Shown: positions 36,589 through 49,915 of the stretch, piece by piece
Layout of the letters: each line of letters begins with the position of its first letter
How positions within the stretch are numbered: the stretch's first letter is position 1
From: Anaeramoeba ignava BMAN
Taxonomy: Eukaryota; Protista; Anaeramoebae
DNA length: 64,000 bases
Direction of reading: 5' to 3'
NCBI GenBank assembly: GCA_028826165.1
Contig: JAPDFW010000066.1
Span: forward strand, 248,001 to 312,000
Translations under genes and position numbers: made by a program
The notes under the pieces: generated by a model
What the model saw: the letters and a program-made list of their open reading frames with translations, nothing else
Databases searched by the model: none
What the model was told of the DNA's origin: nothing

Positions 36589-37023
36589 TTATTTGAAGTT
36601 AATTGATAATTTCGTTTTTTCTTCTTTTTTCTCTTCTTCTTTTTTTGGAATTGTTATTGAAAGAAATCCATCTTCAAAAGAAGCATCAGATTTTTCAATT
36701 TCAGCTAATTCTGGAAGTCTAAAAGATTGCTTGAAACTTGAATAACTTCTTTCACATCTAACTCTCTTTTCTTTTTCATCTTCTTTCTCTTCTTTTTTTA
36801 CTTCATGTTCTCCAAAAATTGTTAACATTCTTGATTCTTTATCAAATTCAATGTTAATTGATTCTTTTGGAATATGAATTTTTCCTGAAATTTGAATTTC
36901 TTTTTCTGTTTCTTTTATTCCAAGTTGTGCAAATGATTTTGTTTTTCTTTCCAAATTTGAAATCCATAAAGGTTCTTCTTTATCAAAAACTGAAAATAAA
37001 GAAGGAAATCTAATAATTGACAT
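36589..37023 (-). CDS. Small heat shock protein (HSP20/alpha-crystallin domain)
   Basis: ERSYSSFKQSFRLPE and ASFEDGFLSITIPK; 144 aa. Confidence 0.92.
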   Translation of the reverse strand: MSIIRFPSLFSVFDKEEPLWISNLERKTKSFAQLGIKETEKEIQISGKIHIPKESINIEFDKESRMLTIFGEHEVKKEEKEDEKEKRVRCERSYSSFKQSFRLPELAEIEKSDASFEDGFLSITIPKKEEEKKEEKTKLSINFK

Positions 37024-37214
37024 TTTTTGTTTTAATAATTAAAAATCAAAAATTTAAAATTTAAAAAGTAAAAAAAAAGTAAAAAAAAATTTGTGGAATG
37101 AAAAAAATGCAAAAAAAAATTTTTTCTTTTCTTTTATTTACTTTTTTTCGTAATATCCTTGAAAGAAAAGTTTTTTTTTCGTAAGAGCCTTGATTATTTA
37201 TTTATTTTTTTTAA

Positions 37215-37955
37215 TTAATAAAATATAATTATTTTTAAATTAAAAAGTATTCTTTTAATAATAAATTTATTAATAAAAATATATTTTAAATTTATTTTCA
37301 AATTAAATATTAATTCAAAACTATTTAAAAAATTGAATATAAATTAAATCAAAATATTTATTAATAAAATATAATTATTTTTAAATTAAAAAGTATTATT
37401 TCAATAATAAAATTATTAATAAAAATATATTTTAAATTTATTTTCAAATTAAATATTAATTCAAAACTATTTAAAAAATTGAATATAAATTAAATCAAAA
37501 TATTTATTAATAAAATATAATTATTTTTAAATTAAAAAGTATTATTTTAATAATAAAATTATTAATAAAAATATTTTTAAATTTATTTTCAAATTAAATA
37601 TTAAATCAAAACTATTTAAAAAATTGAATATAAATTAAATCAAAATATTTATAAATAAAATATAATTATTTTTAAATTAAAAAGTATTCTTTTAATAATG
37701 AAAATATTAATAAAAATATATTTTAAATTTATTTTCAAATTAAATATTAATTCAAAACTATTTAAAAAATTGAATATAAATTAAATCAAAATATTTATAA
37801 ATAAAATATAATTATTTTTAAATTAAAAAGTATTATTTTAATAATAAATTTATTAATAAAAATATATTTTAAATTTATTTCTAAATTAAATATTAAATCA
37901 AAACTATTTAAAAAACTAAATATAAATTAAATCAAAATATTTATAAATAAAATAT
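37215..37955. repeat. ~146-bp AT-rich tandem repeat, ~5 copies
   Basis: 'aataaaatataattatttttaaattaaaaagtatt' recurs at ~37217, 37364, 37509, 37655 and 37800. Confidence 0.9.
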
Positions 37956-38087
37956 CCAAAAAATTTAATAGAATTTAATAATAAATTATCAGGATTTGTT
38001 TCCTATTTATTGATTTGAAGAAATTTAATTTGATTGAAAATAAATTAAAATAGAATTCAATTTATCAAAAAATGAATAAAAAAGTTT

Positions 38088-39555
38088 TTAAATGAAAAAA
38101 GTTTCAAGTTCATCAACAACCCATTTATCATAAGAACCAGCTAAATAACTTTTAGCTTCATTTGTATTAAAAGTAATTCCATTATGTAGATTATATCTAG
38201 AACCAAAATTTGAATAACCTGGTTGTAAATTGTGATATAGATTCCAATCACAATCATTAGCTCCAAAAGCAGGACCTAAATCTGGATAATAATGAAGAGC
38301 CAAATCCTCTTTGCCTGTTTGAATCATGAACTTCTCAGATTTTCTATCCCTTTTATCATTTCTTAATGAAAAAATAAATGCATTTGAATCTTTAATTCTT
38401 CCCCAACCAGTTCCACTATCAAAACTCCATTTTGATTTATCATTTGTCCATCCAACTTGAGTAAATCCTCCAAAAATAAAATTATCTTTTGTTTTGATAA
38501 TAACTAATGTTTTTCCTTTATCATCAACTGCTTTATGCCAATTTTGAGGAGAAAATCCATCTCTTTTTGTTGAAAATCCTAATTTCATTCTAGAAAAGAA
38601 ATCATTATCATTTATCCATTCTTTTAATTTCTTCATATACTCTTTTTCTTCAATAATTTCTGAAGAATTTAATTTCATTCTTGGGTTGAAAATAAACAAA
38701 TTTTGTTTTTCAATAAATTGAATTAATTCTTTTTCATTTTCATCATTTTGAAGTTTTTGGAATTGAATTAATTTTTGTGAAATTTGTTTTGGAATTAAAT
38801 CTTGTTTTAAAATGTCTTTAAGTTCTTGTTTTGAGAAATCAATAAATCTTATTTTATCAATAATATTTGAAATTTGATTTTGAAATTTTTCTTTTTCTTC
38901 TTTATTCAATTCTTTTTCTTGATTAATATTTGATTTATGTTTTCCCCATTTTATTATTGATTGAAAAAGTTCAAATTCATTTGTTAAAATATCATCATTT
39001 GATAATATTGAATTTAAATGATTTTCTTCAAGTTCAAGAAAAAATGAAGTTTTGATAAATTCATTAAAATTTTCTAAAATAAATTGATAAGAAAAATCAA
39101 ATAATTGATTGAAATTCATTGTTTCAGATAATTTAAGAACATCAACAATAGTTTCAATTTGTAAATTGTTTTTGATAAATTTTGAAGAAAATTCAATTAA
39201 TTCATCAATTAAATATTTTGATGAAAAAATTAAAATTTCAATAGCATTTTCTAAATTAATTTCAATCTTTTCCTGAATAAAAATAATTCAAAATTGGAAA
39301 TAGAATTGAACTTGAAACATCTTTTAGAATTAATTTATTTTCTTGATATTCTTTCATTTTTGAATTGAAAAGAGATTCAAAATATTCACTTCTTGAAGAA
39401 AGAATTGATTTATGAGTTTTAAATGAAATTTGGTTTTGTTCACAAATTATTTCAAAATCAAAATAACTTTCTTCTTCTTTTTCATTTTGATTTTGGTTTT
39501 GGAATAAATTTTTTAAATCATTTGAAAGTTTTTCTAAATTTAAATAATTTTCCAT
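38088..39555 (-). CDS. BTB-BACK-TLDc domain protein (one frameshift ~39265)
   Basis: BTB FKTHKSILSSRSEYFESLF, BACK NEFELFQSIIKW, TLDc RDGFSPQNWHKAVDDKGKTLVIIKT.DNFIFGGFT. Confidence 0.85.
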
Positions 39556-39630
39556 TTTAAATAAAAAAATGAAAAGAAAGAAAAAAATGAAAAATGATTT
39601 TTGATTTTAATTTCATTGATAATTTCTTGT

Positions 39631-41457
39631 TTAAAAAATTAAGCATTTTTCTTTCTTTTCTTTCTTTTTAATTTGATTTTGATTTTGATTTTGATTATTA
39701 AATTTTTTAATTAATAAATCAAATAAATTTGGATTTGTTTGGTTTAATTGAAAATAATCAATTCCAATTTTAATTTCATCAATAATTTCTTTTGTAATTT
39801 GAATTTCATTTTTAATTTGATTTGAATAAATCCAATATTCAAATATTTGAAATGATTTATCACTTAATTCACTATAATCTGTAACTTTATTTGATTTATC
39901 TTCAGTTACAGATAAAAACATTCCTCGATATAATTCACTTCTCATTATTAATATTAATTTGGGAAATTTATATTGTTTTTCTTTTCTTTCAATTATAAAA
40001 TCTTTTTCATTTTCATTTTCATTTTCATTTAAATAAATTCTTTTCATTGTTTCTTCAATTTTTTCATTTGAATTTATAATTTCTTTAATTTCAGAATATA
40101 ATTTTGGATTTATTATTCTGTTTGAATAAATCATTTCAAATATTTGATTTAGATTCTTGAATTGATTTTTTGAAATAATTTCTTGAAGTTTTTCAATTTC
40201 ATTTTGATTTTGATTTAATCTATAATTCAATATTAATTTATGAGCTTCAATTATTTCTCCATTTTTGGTTTTAAATGAAATATTGCAAAATTCTTTTCTT
40301 TCAAATAATTTTAACAAATCTTCTTCAAGATTGGAAAAAGGAGGAGGAGAATAATAAAGAAATGTGTTTTCATCTCCACAATAAATATGATAATAAGAAA
40401 TATTTTCATTAAATCTTAATTTAGGAAGTTCAATTTGAATTGGAATTAATTGATCATTTGTATCTCCAGTTCCTAATTGACCAAAAGAATTATTTCCAAA
40501 TCCAATCAATTTTGAATTTGGAAGTTAAAATCAAAGTATGATTAAGTCCAACAGAAAAATCAAGAATATCATCATCATTTCCAAATAAAGATGATTTGAT
40601 TTCAGTAAATTCATAAGTATCTTCAGTTTTGCCAAGTCCATTATATCTATAATCTCCACATGAATAAAGTTTTCTTTTTGGATTTTGATTTTGATCTTCA
40701 ATCAACATTATTGAATATAAACTTCCACATTTGATATCAATTATTTTGCCTTTTGGAATATTTTGGATTTTGGTTAATTTTTTGAGTTCTTCTCCATTTC
40801 TTGATTCTCCTAATCCAATTTGTCCAGAAGTATTATCACCACATCCAAATAATTCTTGATTTGAATTTAAAAGAAAAACATGAAATGAAGAATTTCCTGA
40901 AAATATTTTAGAAACATTTTTCATCATTAAAATTGGTTTTTCTGTTTTTGAAAGTGTTTTATAATCAACACCAAATTGGCCAGAATAATTTGCACCAATT
41001 CCATAAACATTTTGATTTGAAGTTAATAAATAAATCGAACTGTCTCCAGAAACAATATCTTCAATTATTCTATCATTTGTATTTTTGATTAATGATGAAA
41101 TATTGATAAATTCTTTTGGATTTTTTAACTTAATATCATATCCTTTGGCAAATACATTTCCTTCTATTGTTAAAATAGCTTCATTTGAATAACCAACAGT
41201 TACTTTTTGAATATTTTCTTCAATTTGGATTTTTCAGGATTTTGATTTGAATCATTTTCACTTAAATATTCTATTGCTTTTCCATTTTTAAAAAGGAAAA
41301 TTGTTGAAAATTCTTCATCTGATGAAATTTGTTTAATTTGTTTTTCATTTTCATTTTCATTTTCAAATTTAAATTGAATTGGTTTTGTTATTTTTTCTGG
41401 TTCATTTTTGATAAGAATTGGATATTTATTTGAACCAAAAAATAAACAATCATTCAT
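39631..41457 (-). CDS. RCC1-repeat / tandem BTB-like protein copy A, CaaX tail (CLIF); apparent frameshifts
   Basis: RCC1 blades (GxNxxGQLG, SVGxxHTLIL), BTB-like IEAHKLIL and FPKLILIMRSELYRGMF; ends KKKEKKEKCLIF*. Confidence 0.82.
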
Positions 41458-41528
41458 TTTTGAAAAGAAAAAAATGAAAAAAATGAAAAATGTTTTTTGG
41501 AATTCTAATTTTATTGATAATTTCTTGT

Positions 41529-43377
41529 TTAAAAAATTAAGCATTTTTCTTTCTTTTCTTTCTTTTTAATTTGATTTTGATTTTGATTTTGATTATTAAA
41601 TTTTTTAATTAATAAATCAAATAAATTTGGATTTGTTTGATTTAATTGAAAATAATCAATTCCAATTTTAAGTTCATCAATAATTTCTTGTGTAATTTGA
41701 ATTTCATTTTTAATTTGATTTGAATAAATCCAATATTCAAATATTTGAAATGATTTATTACTTAATTCACTATAATCTGTAACTTTATTTGATTTATCAT
41801 TTGCTACAGATAAAAACATTCCTCGATATAATTCACTTCTCATTATTAATATTAATTTAGGAAATTTATATTGTTTTTCTTTTCTTTCAATTATAAAATC
41901 TTTTTCATTTTCATTTTCATTTTCATTTAAATAAATTCTTTTCATTGTTTCTTCAATTTTTTCATTTGAATTTATAATTTCTTTAATTTCATGAATATAA
42001 TTTTGGATTTATAATTCTGTTTGAATAAATCATTTCAAATATTTGATTTGATTCTTTTAATTGATTTTTTTGAAATAATTTCTTGAAGTTTTTCAATTTC
42101 ATTTTGATTTTGATTTAATCTATATTTCAATATTAATTTATGAGCTTCAATTATTTCTCCATTTTTGGTTTTAAATGAAATATCACAAAATTCTTTTCTT
42201 TCAAATAATTTTATCAAATCTTCTTCAAGATTGGAAAAAGAAGGAGGAGAATAATAAATAAATGATTTATTAAATCCACAAAGAATGTGATAATTAGAAA
42301 CGTTTTCATTAAATCTTAATTTAGGAAGTTCAATTTGAATTGGAATTGATTGATCATTTGTATCTCCAGTTCCTAATTGACCATAAAAATTACCTCCAAA
42401 TGAAATTAATTTTCCATTTGATGTTAAAATCAAAGTATGATTAAATCCAACAGAAAAATCAAGAATATTATCATCATTTTCAAATAAAGATGATTTTATT
42501 TCAGTAAATTCATAACTTTTTTTATCTTTGCCAAGTCCATTAAATTTAGAATTTCCACATGAATAAAGTTTTCTTTTTGGATTTTCGATTTTGGTTTTGA
42601 TTTTCAATCAACATTATTGAATGAGAATATCCACATTGAATATCAATTATTTTGCCTTTTGGAATATTTTGGATTTTGGTTAATTTTTGGATTTTTGTTT
42701 CTTCTTGTTCTGTTATTGATTCTCCTAATCCAAGTTGACCATATCTATTATCACCACATCCAAATAATTCTTGATTTGAATTTAAAAGAAAAATAGAATG
42801 TGAAGAAATTCCTGAAAATATTTTAAAAACATTTTTCATCATTAAAATTGGTTTTTTTGTTTTTTTAAGTGTTTTATAATCAAAACCAAGTTGACCAACT
42901 TGATTTAAACCAATTCCATAAACATTTTGATTTGAAGTTAATAAGTAAATCGAACTGTCTCCAGAAACAATATCTTCAATTATTCTATCATTTGTATTTT
43001 TGATTAATGATGAAATATTGATAAATTCTTTTGGATTTTTTAACTTAATATCATATCCTTTTGCAAATACATTTCCTTCTATTGTTAAAATAGCTTCATT
43101 TGAATAACCAACAGTTACTTTTTGAATATTTTCTTCAATTTGGATTTTTTCAGGATTTTGATTTAAATCTTCTTCATTTGAATATTCTATTGCTTTTCCA
43201 TTTTCAAAAAGGAAAATTGATGAAAAATAACCTGATGAAATTTGTTTAATTTCATTTTCATTTTCATTTTCATTTTCATTTTCAAATTTAAATTGAATTG
43301 GTTTTGTTATTTTATCTGGTTTCATTTTTGATAAGTTTTGGGTATTGATTTATACCAAAAAATAAACAATCATTCAT
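41529..43377 (-). CDS. RCC1-BTB protein copy B, CaaX tail; apparent frameshifts
   Basis: Same motifs as copy A across ORFs 42546-43325, 42035-42607 and 41529-41945. Confidence 0.82.
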
Positions 43378-43426
43378 TTTTAAAAAGAAAAAAAATGAAA
43401 AAAAATGAAAAAATGAAAAAAAGTTT

Positions 43427-45046
43427 TTAAATTAAATAAGTCTCAAGTCCGTCAACAATCCATTTATTATAGGAACCAGCTAAATAACTTTGAGATTCAT
43501 TTGGTCCTTCTTTAATTCCCGTAGGCAAATTGTAACTAAAACCAAAACTTGAACCTCCACCTTTTAAATTCTCTTTTAACCAAAAATCATTTCCTCCTCC
43601 AAAACTTGGACCATAATTTAAATAAGAATAAATTGATTGTTTTTGATGTGCTTGTTTAATTGTAAACTTTGCAGGTATTCTATCTCCTTTATCATTTCTT
43701 AATGAAAAAATAAATGCACTTGAGTCATTAATATATTTTCCTTTTGTGGAATGTTTAAATCCAACTTGAGTAAAACCTCCAAAAATAAAATTATCTTTTG
43801 TTTTGATAATAACTAATGTTTTTCCTTTACCATCAACTGCTTTATGCCATTTCTGAGAATTAAATCCATCTCTTTTTGCTGAAAATCCTTTCTTCATTTT
43901 AGAAAAAAAATCATTATCATTTATCCATTCTTTCAATTTTTTAATATATTCAATATCTTTCACAATTTCGGAATCTGCAAATTGTGGAAAATTCTTTTTG
44001 ATTTCTTCCAATTTCTTTTCATATTCCAAATCTTTTTGATATTGTTCTTGATATTTATCAAAAATAGGTTTCATTTCTTCAATTTCTTTGTTTTTGTGTT
44101 CAATTTGTTTATCTTTTTCTTTAATTTGTTTATCATTTTCTTTAATTTTTCTTTCTTTTTCTTTAATTTTTCTTTGATTTTCTTGATCTTGAATTTGAAA
44201 AATAGTTCTTTCAAAATTAATTGAAAAAGATTTAGGAAGAAAAAAATCAAATTGTTTTAATTTATCAAAATCTTGTTTTGAAATTGAATCTTTATCAAAT
44301 AATGAATAAAAAGAATGAAATAATCTTTTCTTTTCAATTCCTTTTTCTTTTTCTTTCTTTCCTTTTAATCTTTCATTTCTTTTTTCAATCCAATTATTTA
44401 AAAATTGAAAAAAATCAAATTGAAAAATTTCTTTTTTTTCTTGTTTAAATTGAATAAATTTGATAATTTCTTCTTTAGTTAAATTGAATAAATTTTCATT
44501 ATTTTGAATTTGGGAAAAATTTTGATTTATTAATTCAAAACATTTTATTTCAATTTCATTTGAATTTAAATTTCGATTTTGGAAAAAAAATTGGAAAAAA
44601 TTTGAATAATTAATTGAATTTGAAATTTTTTTTTGAATAATTTCTTTCAATAAATTTAATTTAAAATAAATTGAAATTTCCAATAATTGGATAAGATCTT
44701 CTTGATTCTCAAAAGAAATATTTCCATAATAAATATAACTTAAAATTGATTCCATTTCTTTTTTATTAAATTGATTTAAAAAAATTTTATCAATATCATT
44801 TTTTCCTTTTAATAACTTATTAAAAAAAGGAGATCTTGAAGATAAAATTGATTTATGAACTTTAATTTCAAAAGGATTTGATTCATTCTCAACAAAAATT
44901 GAAAAATCTTTAAATGAATTTCCATTTAAAAGGTTTGAATAATTTTTAATTAAATTTTTTGTTACTTTTTTTTCTAAATTTTTCATTTCATTTTCATTTT
45001 GATTTTGATTTGCATTTTCAATTTTGTTCTTATTATTATTATCCAT
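43427..45046 (-). CDS. BTB - coiled coil - TLDc protein
   Basis: BTB IKVHKSILSSRSPFF; TLDc RDGFNSQKWHKAVDGKGKTLVIIKT...YGPSFGGG; intact 539 aa. Confidence 0.88.
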   Translation of the reverse strand: MDNNNKNKIENANQNQNENEMKNLEKKVTKNLIKNYSNLLNGNSFKDFSIFVENESNPFEIKVHKSILSSRSPFFNKLLKGKNDIDKIFLNQFNKKEMESILSYIYYGNISFENQEDLIQLLEISIYFKLNLLKEIIQKKISNSINYSNFFQFFFQNRNLNSNEIEIKCFELINQNFSQIQNNENLFNLTKEEIIKFIQFKQEKKEIFQFDFFQFLNNWIEKRNERLKGKKEKEKGIEKKRLFHSFYSLFDKDSISKQDFDKLKQFDFFLPKSFSINFERTIFQIQDQENQRKIKEKERKIKENDKQIKEKDKQIEHKNKEIEEMKPIFDKYQEQYQKDLEYEKKLEEIKKNFPQFADSEIVKDIEYIKKLKEWINDNDFFSKMKKGFSAKRDGFNSQKWHKAVDGKGKTLVIIKTKDNFIFGGFTQVGFKHSTKGKYINDSSAFIFSLRNDKGDRIPAKFTIKQAHQKQSIYSYLNYGPSFGGGNDFWLKENLKGGGSSFGFSYNLPTGIKEGPNESQSYLAGSYNKWIVDGLETYLI

Positions 45047-45251
45047 TTTGTTTTGTTGTTTTTGTTTTTGTTTTTGTTTTTTAAAAAAAGGAAAAAAATG
45101 AAAAAAAAAAATTTAAATAAAAAAAATGAATAAAAAAAGTGGATTTTGAAAATAAATAAAAATATAAAAAATGAGAATAAATTTAAATTAATAATTAATT
45201 CAATTTTCTTTTTAATTTATTATTTTAAATTAATTTATTAATAAATTATTA

Positions 45252-47209
45252 TTATTTTTTATTATTCTCAATTTTGGACATTGTACTAAAAATATCATCT
45301 TGTTTAGTTTGTTGTTTTTTTGGTTTAGAACTAAAAATATCATCATCATCATAACCGTCATCGTCTTCATCCTAATAAAAAATATTTATAAATTATTTCA
45401 ATAAATTTTTCCTTATTATTAAATTAAATATTTAATCTTTACAAGAAATAAATTATCAGTTTGAAAAAAAGATTTTTGAGTTTGAGTTGTAGTTTTTGAA
45501 AAATTTTGAAAAACATTATCCAATAGTTTTTTATCTTTTTTTGGTTTTGAATCTTCAAATAATGGATTTTCTTCTTTTGTTTTATCTTTTGTTTTATCTT
45601 TTGGTTTTGTTTCTTTAATTAAATTATCTTTCTTTTTTGGTGATTTCTGTTTTTTCTCTTTTGGTTTTGTTTGGGATAATAGATCATATTCTTCTTGTAT
45701 TTCTTCTTGTATTTCTTCTTTTTGAGGATTAGATAACGAATTATTTTCTTCATAATTTTCACTTCTTTGAAATGAGGTTTCATCTTCAAAAAGTGCATTT
45801 TGTTCTGTTGATTTATCAGATTCTAATATTGATTGTTGCAAGAATTCTTTTGTATTCTTTTCATGTTGAATTTCTTGCCTTAATGAATTCAATTCAGATT
45901 GAAGTTGAATTTCCTTTTCTTTGAATTTTTGATTTTGATTTTGAAGTAAATTATTAGATTCATAAAGTTTGCGAATCTCTTCTTTATTATTTTGAATAAT
46001 ATCTTCTTTTTCTGTAATAGTTTGTTGCAATCTGTTAACATTTTCTTTAGATAAATTACTTTCCATTTGTGATTGCTTCAAATTAATTAAATTTTCATTT
46101 GTTCTTTTTTTTTCTTCTTCTTTAAGTCTTTGCATCTCTAAATCTTTTGTTGATAATTTACTCTTTAAACTTTCAATTTCTTGTTTTTGGTTTTGATTTT
46201 CATTTTTTAAATCTTGATTTTTAGATTGAAATGACTTGATTGATTTATCTCTTCTTTTAATTTTCTTATCTTTTTCTTTAATTTGTTTATCATTTTCTTT
46301 AATTTTTCTTTCTTTTTCTTTAATTTTTCTTTGATTTTCTTGATCTTGAATTTGAAAAATAGTTCTTTCAAAATTAATTGAAAAAGATTTAGGAAGAAAA
46401 AAATCAAATTGTTTTAATTTATCAAAATCTTGTTTTGAAATTGAATCTTTATCAAATAATGAAAAAAAAGAATGAAATAATCTTTTCTTTTCAATTCCTT
46501 TTTCTTTTTCTTTCTTTCCTTTTAATCTTTGATTTCTTTTTTTAATCCAATTATTTAAAAATTGAAAAAAATCAAATTGAAAAATTTCTTTTTTTTCTTG
46601 TTTAAATTGAATAAATTTGATAATTTCTTCTTTAGTTAAATTGAATAAATTTTCATTATTCTGAATTTGGGAAAAATTTTGATTTATTAATTCAAAACAT
46701 TTTATTTCAATTTCATTTGAATTTAAATTTCGATTTTGGAATAAAAATTGGAAAAAATTTGAATAATTAATTGAATTTGAAATTTTTTTTTGAATAATTT
46801 CTTTCAATAAATTTAATTTAAAATAAATTGAAATTTCCAATAATTGGATAAGATTTTCTTGATTCTCAAAAGAAATATTTCCATAATAAATATAACTCAA
46901 AATTGATTCCATTTCTTTTTTATTAAATTGGCTTAAAAAAATTTTATCAATATCATTTTTTCCTCTTAAAAACTTATTAAAAAAAGGAGATCTTGAAGAT
47001 AAAATTGATTTATGAACTTTAATTTCAAAAGGATTTGGCTTATTCTCAACAAAAATTGAAAAATCATTAAATGAATTTCCATTTAAAAGGTTTGAATAAT
47101 CTTTAATTAAATTTTTTGTTACTTTTTTTTCTAAATTTTTCATTTCATTTTCAATTTTGTTTTGATTTTGATTTGCATTTTCAATTTTGTTCTTATTATT
47201 ATTATCCAT
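45252..47209 (-). CDS. Chimeric gene: BTB N-terminal half (paralogous to 43427-45046) fused to the C-terminal half of the 22983-25613 gene
   Basis: Near-identical to the adjacent BTB gene up to KEKDK. From KQEIESLKSK (junction ~46187) it is near-identical to 24063-25597, including that gene's terminal intron and last exon (stop 45252-45254). Confidence 0.85.
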
Positions 47210-47609
47210 TTTGTTTTGTTGTTTTGTGTTTTTTGTTTTTTGCTTATTAAAAAAAGGAAAAAAATGAAAAAAAAAAATTTAAATAAAAAAAATGAATAAA
47301 AAAAGTGGATTTTGAAAATAAATAAAAATATAAAAAATGAGAATAAATTTAAATTAATAATTAATTTAATTTTCTTTTTAATTTATTATTTTAAATTAAT
47401 TTATTAATAAATTATTATTATTTTTTATTAATTTTTTTTATTAAAAAAAAAGGAAAAATTATTTTAATTTAATTTTTAATTTAATTTTTTTTTTTGGAAT
47501 TTAAAAATTATTAATAAATTTAAATTTTAAAACAAATTTCCAAATTAATATTAATTCAATTTAATTCAAAAAAAAAGATAAAATTTTAATTTCAAAAAAA
47601 TCAATTTTC

Positions 47610-49870
47610 AAAATATTTTTAAATAATAAAATATTTAAATCTAAAACATTAAATTATTATTTTAATAATAAAATTAAATATTAAATTATATTTTTAAATT
47701 AATTTGTAAATTAAATATAAAATTAAATCTGTTCTTATTTTTATATTTATATGTTAAATATTGAAATAATAAAATATTTAAATCTAAAACAATAAATTAT
47801 TATTTTAATAATAAAACTAAATATTAAATTATATTTTTAAATTAATTTATAAATTAAATATTAAATTAAATCTATTTTCATTTTTTATATTTATATGTTA
47901 AATATTTAAATAATAAAATAATTAAATTTAAAACATTAAATTATTATTTTAATAATAAAATTAAATTTAAAATTATATTTTTAAATTAATTTATAAATTA
48001 AATATTAAATCAAACTTATTCTTATTTTTATATTTATATGTTAAATATTTAAATAATAAAAATATTTAAATCTAAAACATTAAATTATTATTTTAAACAT
48101 AAAATTAAATATTAAATTATATTTTTAAATTAATTTATAAATTAAATATTAAATTAAATTTATTTTCATTTTTTTATATTTATATGTTAAATATTTAAAT
48201 AATAAAATATTTAAATCTAAAACAATAAATTATTATTTTAATAATAAAACTAAATATTAAATTATATTTTTAAATTAATTTATAAATTAAATATTAAATT
48301 AAACCTGTTCTTATTTTTTTATATTTATATGTTAAATATTTAAATAATAAAATATTTAAATCTAAAAACAATAAATTATTATTTTAAACATAAAATTAAA
48401 TATTAAATTATATTTTTAAATTAATTTATAAATTAAATATTAAATTAAATCTATTCTTATTTTTTATATTTATATGTTAAATATTTAAATAATAAAAATA
48501 ATTAAATTTAAAACATTAAATTATTATTTTAATAATAAAAATAAATATTAAATTATATTTTTAAATTAATTTATAAATTAAATATTAAATTAAACCTGTT
48601 CTTATTTTTATATTTATATGTTTAATATTTAAATAATAAAAATATTTAAATCTAAAAAACAATAAATTATTATTTTAATAATAAAATTAAATATTAAATT
48701 ATATTTTTAAATTAATTTATAAATTAAATATTAAATTAAATCTATTTTCATTTTTATATTTATATGTTAAATATTTAAATAATAAAATATTTAAATCTAA
48801 AACAATAAATTATTATTTAAATAATAAAATTAAATATTAAATTATATTTTTAAATTAATTTATAAATTAAATATTAAATTAAATCTGTTCTTATTTTTTA
48901 TATTTATATGTTAAATATTTAGATAATAAAATATTTAAATCTAAAACATTAAATTATTATTTTAAACATAAAATTAAATATTAAATTATATTTTTAAATT
49001 AATTTATAAATTAAATATTAAATTAAATTTATTTTCATTTTTATATTTATATGTTTAATATTGAAATAATAAAATATTTAAATCTAAAACATTAAATTAT
49101 TATTTTTAATAATAAAATTAAATTTAAAATTATATTTTTAAATTAATTTATAAATTAAATATTAAATTAAATCTATTCTTATTTTTATATTTTTATGTTA
49201 AATATTTAAATAATAAAATATTTAAATTTAAAACATTAAATTATTATTTTAATAATAAAACTAAATATTAAATTATATTTTTAAATTAATTTATAAATTA
49301 AATATTAAATTAAATCTATTTTCATTTTTATATTTATATGTTTAATATTGAAATAATAAAATATTTAAATCTAAAACATTAAATTATTATTTTAAACATA
49401 AAAATAAATATTAAATTATATTTTTAAATTAATTTATAAATTAAATATTAAATTAAATCTATTCTTATTTTTATATTTATATGTTAAATATTTAAATAAT
49501 AAAATAATTAAATTTAAAACATTAAATTATTATTTTAATAATAAAACTAAATATTAAATTATATTTTTAAATTAATTTATAAATTAAATATTAAATTAAA
49601 TCTATTCTTATTTTTTATATTTATATGTTAAATATTTAAATAATAAAATATTTAAATCTAAAACATTAAATTATTATTTTAATAATAAAATTAAATTTAA
49701 AATTATATTTTTAAATTAATTTATAAATTAAATATTAAATTAAATTTATTTTAATTTTTATATTTATATGTTTAATATTTAAATAATAAAATATTTAAAT
49801 CTAAAACACTAAATTATTATTTTAATAATGAAATTAAATTTAAAATTAATTTATAAATTAAATTTATTCT
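47610..49870. repeat. ~144-bp AT-rich satellite, ~15-16 copies
   Basis: 'aaataataaaatatttaaatctaaaaca...ttatatgttaaatatt' recurs every ~143-146 bp. Confidence 0.93.
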
Positions 49871-49915
49871 TATTTTTTGAAAGAGAAAAAATAAATTGGG
49901 AAAAGAAAAAAAGGA

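Noticed and set aside
47610-49870. Satellites as CRISPR, telomeric or centromeric arrays
   Set aside because: There are no unique spacers, cas genes or G-rich telomeric units, and a centromere role cannot be supported from sequence.
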